Shown: one piece after another, positions 19,092-29,482 of the stretch
Position numbering within the stretch: the first letter of the stretch is position 1
How the letters are laid out: every line of letters begins with the position of its first letter
Assembly (NCBI GenBank): GCA_965198115.1
Contig: OZ240241.1
Span: forward strand, 6,048,001-6,112,000
DNA from: Candidatus Latescibacterota bacterium
Lineage (GTDB): Bacteria; Latescibacterota; UBA2968
Length of the DNA: 64,000 nucleotides
Reading direction: 5' to 3'
The notes under the pieces: generated by a model
Told to the model about the DNA's origin: nothing
Databases searched by the model: none
Seen by the model: the letters and a program-made list of their open reading frames with translations, nothing else
Program-made: the position numbers and the translations under genes

Positions 19092-20372
19092 ATGAACCTC
19101 TCCAATCAGCCACCCAGGTGCCCCTCGAACGCATCGCTCGCAGGCATCGTCGGCGTTGCCCGCCTGATCGACAAGGCGCGAGCGCACGTCAACGAAACCC
19201 TCGGCGATTTCGTCTACGGCAATGACTCTGGACTCGACCGAATTACACTCGAATTCCTCGAAATCGACGCCGATGACTTCGCCGAGGCCGCTGCTCGATA
19301 CAGCGACGAAGAACTCGCCGATTGGATTCATCGGGCGACCGATCTGACCGAAGCGGACATCGTGGCCTTCAACACCCACCATCTCGAGCGCGAGCCTGAC
19401 GAAGCCGGGATGGAGCGTCTGAAGACGCGCGTCGAACGTTACAAACCGGCAACGGTCCCCACGACCGTATTCGCTTCGATCGAGCTCGACGACTGGGGCA
19501 CCTTTCGCGAATGCGACCTCACGACCCACGCCCCGCGCTCACCTTATGACCGTGCGGTCGCCGGCATCTATGGTCTCGCGCGGATGGCCGACAAGGCGCG
19601 AGCCGACAAAAGCGGCAAACTCCACGATTACATCTACGACTGCCCGATCGACCAGGCCATCACTGCCTTCCTTTGTTTCACGGCGAAGGCCTACCAGGAA
19701 GCCGCCTGGCTCAATCCGAACGACATCGAGCTGGGCGAATGGGTCGACGCCAACAGCGATCGATCGGGCGCCGAGAAAGCCGCCTTCAACGCCGCCGTTG
19801 CCTCTCGACGACCCGCCGACGACCACGAACGCGAAGTTTTCGACAAAGGCATCGCTCGTGTTGCGCCTGGGCGAATCGACATCAAAGCCTGGTTCGATCT
19901 GCTCGACCTCGACGACGAAGCCAGCTACGGCACCACCGACCTGACGCGTCACCCACCGCGCAGTGTATTCGACGCGTCCGTTGGAGGCCTCATCCATCTC
20001 GCGCGAATGATCGACAAAGCCCGAGCAAAGAACAGGGGAACGCTCGGCGATTTCTGGTATGGCGAGGACTCCGGTTTCGACCGAAACCTGCTCGGCTTCC
20101 TCGACCTCACCCCCGACGCCTTCCAGACACTTGTCGCCAACGCTACGTCAGACGAAAAAGTGCTCGCCCAACTCGACATCAAATCCGAGTCCGATCGCGA
20201 AGCGTTCAATCAGGATCTATCCACACGCGGCCCCGATAACCCCGATGCAATGAAACGGCTCGCCGAAAGAATCCTGGCCCTCGATCCCACGCGAAGCGAT
20301 ATCACGACCTACGCCGGCTGGACCCAACTCGACGATGCCGTAATCTGGTCCCGCCGCAAAGCCGGTGTTTAG
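19092..20372 (+). CDS. Protein with three tandem DUF5069-like repeats
   Basis: Three copies of PR[C/S]...G...[V/L]AR[L/M][I/A]DKARA...L[G/H]D[F/Y].Y. Confidence 0.75.
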   Translation: MNLSNQPPRCPSNASLAGIVGVARLIDKARAHVNETLGDFVYGNDSGLDRITLEFLEIDADDFAEAAARYSDEELADWIHRATDLTEADIVAFNTHHLEREPDEAGMERLKTRVERYKPATVPTTVFASIELDDWGTFRECDLTTHAPRSPYDRAVAGIYGLARMADKARADKSGKLHDYIYDCPIDQAITAFLCFTAKAYQEAAWLNPNDIELGEWVDANSDRSGAEKAAFNAAVASRRPADDHEREVFDKGIARVAPGRIDIKAWFDLLDLDDEASYGTTDLTRHPPRSVFDASVGGLIHLARMIDKARAKNRGTLGDFWYGEDSGFDRNLLGFLDLTPDAFQTLVANATSDEKVLAQLDIKSESDREAFNQDLSTRGPDNPDAMKRLAERILALDPTRSDITTYAGWTQLDDAVIWSRRKAGV

Positions 20373-20467
20373 ACAGCCCCATTCGCAAGCGATAGCGGTT
20401 TCTTTGGTCACTGGTCGATGGTCACCTGTCACTGGTCAGTCCCACCACCCACCGTCCACCAACTCCA

Positions 20468-21232
20468 ATGTCCGTCCCTAACGCTCAGCTCATCGACCTC
20501 CTCCGAGCTTCAAGCCGCATCCTCATCTTCACCGGCGCCGGCATCTCCACCTCCTCCGGCATTCCTGACTTCCGTGGTCCTCAAGGAGTCTGGAAGACCC
20601 GCCAACCGGTCTATTTTCAGGAATTCCTGGCCAGCGAGGATGCGCGCATCGAGTACTGGGATCAGAAACTGGAAGGCTGGGAGGCATTTCGCGACGCCGA
20701 ACCGAACACCGTACACCACGCTGTGGCCAACCTGGAGCGATCGGGCAAGGTCGAGTCCGTCGTTACGCAGAACATCGACGGCCTGCACGCAAAGGCCGGA
20801 ACGTCGGATGAACGTTTAGTCGAAATCCACGGCACGAACACCGAAATCGAATGTCTCGACTGCGGCCGTAGATCGAAACCGGACCTCTACTTCAAGGCTT
20901 TCGCCAAAACCCGAACCCCTCCTCGATGCGGTTGCGGGGGCCTCGTCAAAACGGCCACCATCAGCTTCGGACAAAACCTTCGCCCCGACGACATCGAACG
21001 GGCAACCGTGGCCGCCGGTCGTGCCGACCTCGTGGTCGCCATGGGCAGCACACTCTCCGTCTACCCCGCGGCCTCCATTCCGATCGAAGCGACCAGGGGC
21101 GGGGCCAAATACGTCATCATAAACCGCGGCGACACGGACCACGACGGCCAACCCTTCGTCACCCTCCGTATCGAAGCCGACGTCATCGACGCTTTTCCCC
21201 CGGCGGTGTCCGCAGTTTTGTCCGACGTTTAG
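20468..21232 (+). CDS. cobB: Sir2 family NAD-dependent deacylase
   Basis: FTGAGISTSSGIPDFRG, TQNIDGLH, IHG, CxxC...CxC, GSTLSVYPAA. Confidence 0.9.
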   Translation: MSVPNAQLIDLLRASSRILIFTGAGISTSSGIPDFRGPQGVWKTRQPVYFQEFLASEDARIEYWDQKLEGWEAFRDAEPNTVHHAVANLERSGKVESVVTQNIDGLHAKAGTSDERLVEIHGTNTEIECLDCGRRSKPDLYFKAFAKTRTPPRCGCGGLVKTATISFGQNLRPDDIERATVAAGRADLVVAMGSTLSVYPAASIPIEATRGGAKYVIINRGDTDHDGQPFVTLRIEADVIDAFPPAVSAVLSDV

Positions 21233-21496
21233 ATTTCTCCACGCAAGGTCATCGCGGAAGGCTGTCCTGTATCATCTGCAATAGGGGCGAAGCCAGTCGT
21301 CACCGCCCACCGCCAACAACCGACCTGGTTTTTCGTCCACCGTCCACTGTTTACCGTCTACACGGTCTACCTTGATCCCCACCCCGAAATTGCCTTTCAT
21401 TCCACTACGCCGTTCGTACCACGGTAGTTAGAACCACTCCCGAATACGTGGTTCCCGAGCCGTTCTCCGTATTCTCCGTGTCCTCAGTGGTAAGCT

Positions 21497-22153
21497 TTGG
21501 ATCCTCTCCTTACACAGGTCAAATCTCGCGTCGTCGGCTCCTTGATCGAAAAGGAAGTGACGACCCCCCAATACTATCCTCTCACACTCAACGCGCTGAC
21601 CAACGCGTGCAACCAAAAGTCGAATCGCAATCCTGTCATGACTCTGGAGGAAACCACCGTCCAGCGAGCCCTCCAGCAACTCATGGACAGGGGCTACGCA
21701 CGACGCATCGTCAGCGACGACAGTCGCGTTCCCAAATACCGCCAGCTGTTCACAGAAGCGTTGGGCTTCGATGACAGAGTGCGGGCGGTCGTGGGAGTCC
21801 TTCTCCTGCGCGGATCACAGACCGTGGGTGAAATTCGGGGTAGGACGGAGCGGCTCTACAAGTTCGAATCACTGGACGAAGTGGCCGACGTGCTCGAAAC
21901 ACTGAGCACGAGGGAACCAGATCCCTACGTTCAGCGTCTACCCAGACAGCCGGGCACGAAAGAATCCCGTGTCGCTCATCTCTTCTGCGGCGACGTCGAG
22001 GTCGAAGAAGCAGAAATCGTCGATACAGCTACCGTGACCGTCCAGGCCGAAAACGAACGCATCGCCCAACTCGAAGAGCAGGTCGCCACACTGCAGCAGC
22101 AACTGACCGACTTACAGTCTCAATTTCAAACATTCCGCAAACAATTCGAGTAA
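21497..22153 (+). CDS. YceH / DUF480 family protein
   Basis: LIEKEVTTPQYYPLTLNALTNACNQKSNRNPV, LLLRGSQT.GE.R.RT.R. Confidence 0.9.
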   Translation: MDPLLTQVKSRVVGSLIEKEVTTPQYYPLTLNALTNACNQKSNRNPVMTLEETTVQRALQQLMDRGYARRIVSDDSRVPKYRQLFTEALGFDDRVRAVVGVLLLRGSQTVGEIRGRTERLYKFESLDEVADVLETLSTREPDPYVQRLPRQPGTKESRVAHLFCGDVEVEEAEIVDTATVTVQAENERIAQLEEQVATLQQQLTDLQSQFQTFRKQFE

Positions 22154-22196
22154 TTGTTGCCCGTCCCTCGATTCTCGATATTCGAATCTCATTCCT

Positions 22197-22709
22197 ATGT
22201 CCGATCTGACCCACATCCTCCGCTTGCTCGATGATCCCTCGGAGTCCGTCAAGACTGCCATCGCGACCGCCCTCAGGGATCTTGGCCCCGACCTCGACTC
22301 CGCGCTCAACGATCTGGACCCACCCCCAACGGATGCTCAGCGGGCTCAGATCAGGTATCTTGTCGGAGAAACGGATCCCGACTCGGACGAAAAGCAGCTC
22401 TTCGAAATCGGCCAGCTCGTCAAGCACAAGCGCTATGGCTATCGTGGCGTGGTCGTCGACGTGGACGATTCGTGCCGGGCCGACGAGCAATGGTATCAGG
22501 GAAACCGAACCCAACCCGAACGCAACCAGCCCTGGTATCACGTGCTCGCAGACGGGTCGGACGGAATCTACTACCCCGCTCAGTCGAGTCTCGAACCGGA
22601 TGACGAATCCACCCCCGTCGAGAATCCCTACGTGGCACACTTCTTCACCGATTTCGCCAACGGCCGATACATTCGAAACGATCGCCCCTGGCCCCACCAC
22701 GAAGGCTGA
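22197..22709 (+). CDS. hspQ: Heat shock protein HspQ (YccV-like) with N-terminal helical extension
   Basis: FEIGQLVKHKRYGYRGVVVDVD, QPWYHVL. Confidence 0.8.
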   Translation: MSDLTHILRLLDDPSESVKTAIATALRDLGPDLDSALNDLDPPPTDAQRAQIRYLVGETDPDSDEKQLFEIGQLVKHKRYGYRGVVVDVDDSCRADEQWYQGNRTQPERNQPWYHVLADGSDGIYYPAQSSLEPDDESTPVENPYVAHFFTDFANGRYIRNDRPWPHHEG

Positions 22710-22764
22710 GTCTCATTTTGCATTTTAGCTTTTGAATTTGTATCCAGTTCCTCAGGAGAAGACC

Positions 22765-25668
22765 ATGACCTTGCGGCGTAGCTCCACGCTCCTTCTTTCG
22801 CTAACCGTTCTCCTATGGGTCACCCCTGCAGACGCTGGTTACAAGCGCATCAACGAGCCCAACCCTGCCGACGCCTCCAACGTCGCCATCTACCAGCTCG
22901 ACAACGGCCTGACCGTATACCTCACAGAGAACCACGAAAAGCCTGAATTCTACGCGGAGCTGGTCGTGCGGGCGGGCTACAAACACGATCCCCCCGAAAC
23001 GACCGGACTTGCCCATTACCTCGAGCACTTGCTGTTCAAGGGCACGCAAAAGATGGGCACGATCGATTGGGAAAAGGAAAAGCCCCACATCGACCGAATC
23101 GAAGAGCTCTACGAGCAACGGTTCGAGGAAACCGATCCGGAAAAGCGCGAGGCCATCTACGCGGAGATCAACAAGGAGTCCCAGATGGCCGCTCAATACG
23201 CGATCCCCAACGAAATCGATCGTCTTTATCAGGCCATGGGAACCACCTACGTGAATGCCCACACGTGGTTCGAAGAAACTGTCTATAAAGTCGGTCTGCC
23301 CTCGAACCGGCTCAAACAGTGGGCGGCGATCGAATCGGAACGGTTTCAGAATCCGGTCTACCGACTCTTCCAACCCGAACTCGAGATCGTCTACGAAGAG
23401 AAGAATCGAGCAATGGACAACAAGGAGCGCATCATCAACGAAGTGCTCGACCGAGCGGTGTTCAAAGTACACCCCTACGGCCAGCAGACCGGACTGGGCT
23501 CCGTCGAACATCTCAAGAAACCGTCGCTACGCAACATTCATCGGTTCTTCAGCAAGTATTATATCCCCGGAAATATGGCATTGATGATATCCGGTGATCT
23601 TGATACAGGCGAGACGATCGCTCTTGTCGATCGACATTTCTCCGCGTGGAAGAGAGGTCCGGTTCCCGAGTCACCGACTTGGGACGAGCCACCACTGAGC
23701 GGTATCGAACGTGTTGAAGCGACGTACGAGGGCGAAGAAAAAGTGCTCATCGCATTCCGAACGGCGCCTATCAGCCACATCGACGCTCCCGCCATGACAG
23801 TCGCTGATGAGATTCTCGACAACGCCCGCGCCGGACTCATGAACCAGCTTGTCCAGCGACAGGAAGTGCGCGGCGCATCCGCACATCGCGTGCTCATGAA
23901 CGATGCAGGTGTCGAGCAGCTGGAAGGGATTCCGAAGAAAGATCAGACCCTCGAAGACGTCGAGAAGCTTCTACTCGAACAAATCGACAGACTCAAAGCC
24001 GGCGACTTCAACGAGAACCTCATCACTGCCATCATCAACAACCAGAAAAAAGACCAGAAAGCCGAGCTGGAGGGGAACAACACACGCGTTGCCCGCATGC
24101 GGAATTCGTTCGTCCGTTTCGAGGATTGGGACCACACGGTCGGGGAGCTCGACCGGATGGCTCGAGTGACCAAAGAGGATGTGGTCAGAGTCGCAAATCG
24201 ATACTTCGGCGATGACTATGTTGTCGCCTACAGAAAAGACGCACCACACGAAGTCCCGAAAATCGAAAAACCCAAAATCGGCCCGATCGACATCGACGCG
24301 ACCCGCGAGTCGGAATTCGCCGCACGCGTGGCAGCCATACCTGCGAAGGAAATCGCACCCGACTTCGTCGATGCATCAGACTACACGCTCGTCGAATACG
24401 CGCCGGGCGCTCGTTTGTTCTACGCGAGGAATCCCGTCAACGACTTGTTCCTGTTTGAAATCAGTGTCGATCTCGGCTTCAACCAGGACAACCGAATCCA
24501 GTTCGCCCAAAAAATGCTCGACGTGTCCGGAACGGGCGATCTCAGTTCGGAACAGGTGAAGACCGAGTGGTTCAAGCTGGCAACGGACTTCAGCTTCGAC
24601 ACGGCGAACAATGAATCGAGCTACTCCATCTCGGGGCTCGACGAGAATTTCGCGTCATCGCTCACTCTGATGATGCGAGTCATCAAGGAGCCTGTGGCGA
24701 CCAAAGAGACGCTCGACGAGATGATCAACATCGTACTCGCCAACCGAGAGGATGCAAAGAAGGATCCTCGATCCATTCGATCCGCCCTCGCCCACCTCAA
24801 CAGAAACGGGCAAGAGTCTCGCTGGCTTCGCCAGCTGCCCAACGATGCGATTCAACAGTTCGCAGTCGCCGAGTTGCATACCCTTGCCCGCAGCCTCCTG
24901 GACTACGAACAGACCCTCTACTACGTGGGATCGCTACCGCTCGAAACAGTGCTCGCGGAACTCCGCTCGCAGCATCCCATTCAGAACGAGCTGAAGAAGC
25001 CGCCACCCTTCATGAACCTCGCGATACAGGCGCCGGAGTCCCACGTTCTGCGAATCTTCCACAAGGAAATGGCACAGGCGCAGGTCTACGTAGAGTACGG
25101 CGGCGAGGTCTTCAACGAGGCCACTGTCCCGTCCGCACAGGTCTTCCGGGAGTATTTCTCCGGAGGTATGTCAGGACTCGTCTTCCAGGAAATCAGGGAG
25201 GCCCGCGCACTGGCCTACGCCGCTTACGCGGGCTACGAACTCGGCAGCCGCGTCGGTGTACAGAACATGGCCTGGGGCGGAATGGGCACGCAGGCAGACA
25301 AGACTGCCGAGGCAATCGAAGCCTATCTCGAGCTCCACGATCAGATGCCCGTCACACAGGAAAGGTTCGATGCTGCCAAGGCGGCCCTCGTGAATACCTA
25401 CAAGAATGGCAAAACCGGATTCCGTGAGGTCCTCGGCACGGTCAGATCGTGGGAACGTCTGGGCCTGAACCCTGACCCACGGAAGGCTCGCTTCGAGGTC
25501 ATCAAACAAGCGGACCTGAACACACTGACGGGTTTCCACGGCAAACACATCAAGGGTCTTCCAAGACTCATCTCCATCGTCGGGGACACATCGAAAATCG
25601 ACGTGGGCCGTTTGAGCAAGATCGCTCAGCCCGAGTACGTCACCCTCGAAGACATCTTCGTCTTTTAA
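22765..25668 (+). CDS. M16 (insulinase) family zinc metallopeptidase with signal peptide
   Basis: GLAHYLEHLLFKGT (HxxEH), HPYG, FQEIREARALAY. Confidence 0.92.
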   Translation: MTLRRSSTLLLSLTVLLWVTPADAGYKRINEPNPADASNVAIYQLDNGLTVYLTENHEKPEFYAELVVRAGYKHDPPETTGLAHYLEHLLFKGTQKMGTIDWEKEKPHIDRIEELYEQRFEETDPEKREAIYAEINKESQMAAQYAIPNEIDRLYQAMGTTYVNAHTWFEETVYKVGLPSNRLKQWAAIESERFQNPVYRLFQPELEIVYEEKNRAMDNKERIINEVLDRAVFKVHPYGQQTGLGSVEHLKKPSLRNIHRFFSKYYIPGNMALMISGDLDTGETIALVDRHFSAWKRGPVPESPTWDEPPLSGIERVEATYEGEEKVLIAFRTAPISHIDAPAMTVADEILDNARAGLMNQLVQRQEVRGASAHRVLMNDAGVEQLEGIPKKDQTLEDVEKLLLEQIDRLKAGDFNENLITAIINNQKKDQKAELEGNNTRVARMRNSFVRFEDWDHTVGELDRMARVTKEDVVRVANRYFGDDYVVAYRKDAPHEVPKIEKPKIGPIDIDATRESEFAARVAAIPAKEIAPDFVDASDYTLVEYAPGARLFYARNPVNDLFLFEISVDLGFNQDNRIQFAQKMLDVSGTGDLSSEQVKTEWFKLATDFSFDTANNESSYSISGLDENFASSLTLMMRVIKEPVATKETLDEMINIVLANREDAKKDPRSIRSALAHLNRNGQESRWLRQLPNDAIQQFAVAELHTLARSLLDYEQTLYYVGSLPLETVLAELRSQHPIQNELKKPPPFMNLAIQAPESHVLRIFHKEMAQAQVYVEYGGEVFNEATVPSAQVFREYFSGGMSGLVFQEIREARALAYAAYAGYELGSRVGVQNMAWGGMGTQADKTAEAIEAYLELHDQMPVTQERFDAAKAALVNTYKNGKTGFREVLGTVRSWERLGLNPDPRKARFEVIKQADLNTLTGFHGKHIKGLPRLISIVGDTSKIDVGRLSKIAQPEYVTLEDIFVF

Positions 25669-25747
25669 CCAGGATGACGATATCGTTCCTCAAAGTGGGG
25701 CAGTGGCGCGACACACGTCGGCCCGCTGCCACATTTGGTTCCTTGCG

Positions 25748-26882
25748 TTGACGGCTGACGATCTCCGCATCCTCTGCTCCGACCTCGGAAGACGCCTGCT
25801 CGAAGAAGCTGACGCACTGCCTCACGACATTCTCCTCCGTCAGACACAACTCAGAAAATCCTATCCGCCCGAAGCCGCACGCGCAGCCACGAGTCTTTTG
25901 GAACTCCGCAAAACGGGCCAAGGCGAAATTTTCGGCTGCCGATCGCATGTTTTTCGACCGACAGGGGCTCGAACAGGCATCCGGTGACGTAATCGCCACC
26001 CATCGGGCAGAACGCTTTCACCGATTCGACTGCGTTGCCGACCTCTGCTGCGGCATCGGCGGAGATACCCTCGCGTTGACTCACGTTTCGAACGTCGTAG
26101 CCGTCGACATCAGCCCGGTTCGTGCGGCCATCACGGGTGCCAACCTGCAGAGCCTCGATCGGCCGGCCAAAGTCGTCTGCGCCGATGTCAGGCAATGGCT
26201 TCCCGACATCGACGCAGCCTTCCTCGATCCCGATCGTCGCGCGACCGGTCGCCGCGTGTTTCACACGGCCGACTACGTTCCGCAGATCGATGCCCTGCCC
26301 GCGGTGGCGAATCTCGGCATCAAAGTTGCCCCCGGTATCGATCACGCTGAGATTCCACAGGATTGCGAGGCTGAGTTCATCTCGGTCGAGAGGGAATGCC
26401 GGGAAGCCGTTCTCTGGAGGGGCGCCCTCAGGTCTGACGCCAAAATCAGAGCCACCGTATTACCTGCCGGGAAATCCATGTCGTGGTCGGATGTGGAATC
26501 CGTCGAGATCACGGATGTGAAGAGCTATCTCTACGAACCGGACAGGGCAGTGATCCGCGCCCACCTCATTGACCAGCTGGCGTCGGATCTCGTAGCAACC
26601 AAATTGGATGACCTCGTCGCCTACCTGACGTCGGACAGTCTCTCGAAAACGCCCTTCGCTCGAGCCTTCGAGGTCCGGGACGTCCTGCCCTTCAGCGTCA
26701 AACGTCTACAGGGATACGTGTCGGAGCATCGAATCGGCATCATCGACATCAAACGGCGTCGGTTTCCAATGGAACCCGACGCCGTCCGTCAACAACTCAG
26801 GCTGAAGGGGCAGAACCGGGCCACGTGCATCCTGACCCGCACCGGCGGGGGCCCGATCGCCATCTTCTGCGCACCGACGTAA
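25748..26882 (+). CDS. Class I SAM-dependent methyltransferase with THUMP-like C-terminus; +1 frameshift near 25910
   Basis: VADLCCGIGGD, DPDRR, LYEPD.AVIRA. Removing one A from CGCAAAACGG restores LRKRAKAKFSAADRMFF. Confidence 0.8.
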
Positions 26883-26906
26883 GGGCGGACCCCGTCGGCC
26901 ATCGTC

Positions 26907-26935
26907 TTGTCACAATTCCGTCGAAGCTATATCTT
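26907..26935 (+). promoter_or_regulatory. Putative sigma70 promoter of the ccm operon
   Basis: TTGTCA, 17 bp spacer, TATCTT. Confidence 0.45.
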
Positions 26936-27003
26936 TAAGCCCTTGATGAAACAATCACATACAGTTTCATGACCTCCGACTCTGACCTCTGACACCAGTT
27001 CCC

Positions 27004-27462
27004 ATGACGCCTAAACAGACCAAACTCGCACTCGGCATCACCGTCATCGTCATCAGCATCGTCTCGCTCGTCGTCACCGGCGTCCAAAAAACGTCGATGT
27101 ACTACTTCACGGTCGCCGAACTCGAGGCACGCGAAGCCGATTTCATCGGGAAGAAGATCAAACTCGCGGGAAAAGTCGTACCGGGATCCATCATTCGTGA
27201 TAACGCCACGCTGAACCTCAGTTTCCGTGTCTGGGAGCCCTTGGGCGAAGAAGATCATACCCTCCCGCGTGTCGTCCATTACCAGGGCATCGTGCCAGAC
27301 ACGTTCCGCGATGAATCGGACGTCATCCTCGAGGGAAAAACGCGAAGCGACGGGACTTTCGTTGCCGAACACCTGCTGGCCAAGTGCCCGTCCAAGTACG
27401 AAAGCAAGAGCTACGACGAGATGAAGGCGCTCCACAAAGACAAACCTGTCTCCAAATCCTGA
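27004..27462 (+). CDS. ccmE: Cytochrome c maturation heme chaperone CcmE (Cys type, CPSKY)
   Basis: N-terminal TM, YYFTVAE, G.V.PGSI, YQGIVPDTFR, LLAKCPSKY. Confidence 0.92.
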   Translation: MTPKQTKLALGITVIVISIVSLVVTGVQKTSMYYFTVAELEAREADFIGKKIKLAGKVVPGSIIRDNATLNLSFRVWEPLGEEDHTLPRVVHYQGIVPDTFRDESDVILEGKTRSDGTFVAEHLLAKCPSKYESKSYDEMKALHKDKPVSKS

Positions 27463-27463
27463 C

Positions 27464-29482
27464 ATGCCCGCGTTAGGATCCTTCCTCCTCCACCTCGCAC
27501 TCTTCGCATCGGTTTACGCAGTCATCGCCGGTATCGCGGCTGCCAAAACACGACGTCTCGATCTCACCATCAGTTCTGAGCGAGCGATCACGGCGCAGTT
27601 CGTTCTCATCCTCATTTCTTTCATCCTGCTCGAAGTCCTGCTCCTGACCGATCGTTTCGACGTTTACTTTGTCGCCAAAAGCTCCAGCCGCGATCTTCCA
27701 ACACCCTACAAATTCACCGCGCTCTGGTCGGCCATGGAGGGTTCTCTGCTCCTCTGGTCGTTGGTCCTGGCCTCCTTCACCTTCGCTGCAGTCCACATCG
27801 TCAAACGCAGAAGGGGGCCCGGCGCAGCCTACGCCACGGCCATCATGGCGGCGAACCAGGTCTTCTTCCTCGGCATCATCCTGCTCTACGAGAATCCGCT
27901 ACGACTCATCAGCGACGTCGAGAATGTGCCGATCGGATTCTCACCCCCCGACGGCCAGGGCATGAACCCGCTCCTCGTTCACCCTGTCATGGCCATTCAC
28001 CCACCCATTCTCTACAGCGGCTACGTCGGATTCGTCGTGCCGTTCGCGTTCGCCATGGGCGCTCTCATCAGCCGGAACCTCGATGAGGAATGGATCCGGA
28101 CTACCCGTCGCTGGACGCTCGTACCGTGGTTCTTGCTCGCGGTCGGTCAATTGCTAGGCGGCAAGTGGGCTTATGTCGTTCTCGGGTGGGGCGGATATTG
28201 GGGATGGGACCCAGTCGAAAACGCGGCCCTACTACCGTGGCTGACTGCGACCGCGTTCATCCATTCGGTCATGATTCAGGAAAAGAAGGGCATGCTCAAA
28301 GTCTGGAACATTGTGCTCATCCTCACGACCTATGCCCTGTGCATCTTCGGCACCTTCATCACCCGGAGCGGCGTCGTCTCCTCGGTCCACACATTCGCCC
28401 AATCGCCGATCGGCCCACGATTCCTGGGCTTCGTCATTGCCATTATCGCTTTCTCCTCCTACTTCCTCGTCAAGCGGTTCGACCTGCTCAAGTCCGAGGC
28501 GCATTACGATTCACCCGTTTCGCGCGAGGGCGGATTTCTACTCAACAACCTGCTCTTCCTCGGTGCGACCTTCGCCGTCCTGTGGGGAACGATGTTTCCG
28601 GTGCTCTCGGAGGCCGTCACAGGATCGAAGATTACAGTGGGCCCCCCGTTCTTCAACACTGTGATCATTCCGATCGGACTGACCCTGATGCTCCTCACGG
28701 GCGTTGGACCTCTGCTCGCCTGGCGCAAGACGTCATCCGCTGGACTCAAGAAACACTTTACGTGGCCGTCTCTGGTTGCGCTCCTAACTGGGGCGGGTTG
28801 TGTCGCCCTCGGAATGCGCGATGTCTACGCCATCATCTCTTTCAGCCTGTGTGCGTTCGTCATCGTCACGATCGCCTCCGAATTCCACCGTGGCGCCAAA
28901 GCACGGGGCAGCAGCTCGAACGAGCCCTATTTCAAGGCCCTCTGGACACTGTGTGGCCGCAACAAACGTCGGTACGGCGGCTACATCGTACACTTCGGAT
29001 TCGTGCTCCTCTTCATCGGCTTCACCGGCAACGCCTTCAACGAAATGGGCGAGGTCTCACTCAAAAAAGGTGACAGCTTCGAAATCGGCGGCTACCGCGT
29101 CGATTACGAAGGTTACGACTTCAACCGGGGACCGATGATAGAAGTCATTCAGACCCAGCTCGGAGTCTACGTCGGCGGACAGCGTCTGGGAACCCTCTAC
29201 CCGGAGCAGCACATCTACTACAGGCGCCCGGACCAGCAGCGTACCACCGAAGTCGCTGTCCGCTCTGACTTGCGAGAGGATCTCTACGTCCTCTACGAAG
29301 GCCAGAGCCAGGATGGCACCGCGTTCTTCACTTTCTACGTAAACCCCCTCGTCATGTGGGTCTGGATCGGTGCGTGGGTCATGACCATCGGAATGGTCGT
29401 CGTCATCTCGCCCGACAAACGCGAAAAGATTCGTCGTCGACGGCTGGCCGGAGCTCCGCAGCAGCAGGAGGCCGTAGCATGA
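27464..29482 (+). CDS. ccmF: Heme lyase CcmF
   Basis: GWGGYWGWDPVENAALLPW (WWD domain), IHPP, RSG..SSVH.F. Confidence 0.97.
   Translation: MPALGSFLLHLALFASVYAVIAGIAAAKTRRLDLTISSERAITAQFVLILISFILLEVLLLTDRFDVYFVAKSSSRDLPTPYKFTALWSAMEGSLLLWSLVLASFTFAAVHIVKRRRGPGAAYATAIMAANQVFFLGIILLYENPLRLISDVENVPIGFSPPDGQGMNPLLVHPVMAIHPPILYSGYVGFVVPFAFAMGALISRNLDEEWIRTTRRWTLVPWFLLAVGQLLGGKWAYVVLGWGGYWGWDPVENAALLPWLTATAFIHSVMIQEKKGMLKVWNIVLILTTYALCIFGTFITRSGVVSSVHTFAQSPIGPRFLGFVIAIIAFSSYFLVKRFDLLKSEAHYDSPVSREGGFLLNNLLFLGATFAVLWGTMFPVLSEAVTGSKITVGPPFFNTVIIPIGLTLMLLTGVGPLLAWRKTSSAGLKKHFTWPSLVALLTGAGCVALGMRDVYAIISFSLCAFVIVTIASEFHRGAKARGSSSNEPYFKALWTLCGRNKRRYGGYIVHFGFVLLFIGFTGNAFNEMGEVSLKKGDSFEIGGYRVDYEGYDFNRGPMIEVIQTQLGVYVGGQRLGTLYPEQHIYYRRPDQQRTTEVAVRSDLREDLYVLYEGQSQDGTAFFTFYVNPLVMWVWIGAWVMTIGMVVVISPDKREKIRRRRLAGAPQQQEAVA

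Noticed and set aside
20468-21232. Sir2-based anti-phage system (Thoeris/DSR/Sir2-HerA)
   Set aside because: It is a canonical ~250-aa Zn-binding CobB-type sirtuin with no defence partner genes.
25900-25920. Programmed ribosomal frameshifts at the split genes
   Set aside because: No canonical slippery heptamers or stimulatory structures, and the shift directions are mixed. Indel error or mutation is simpler.
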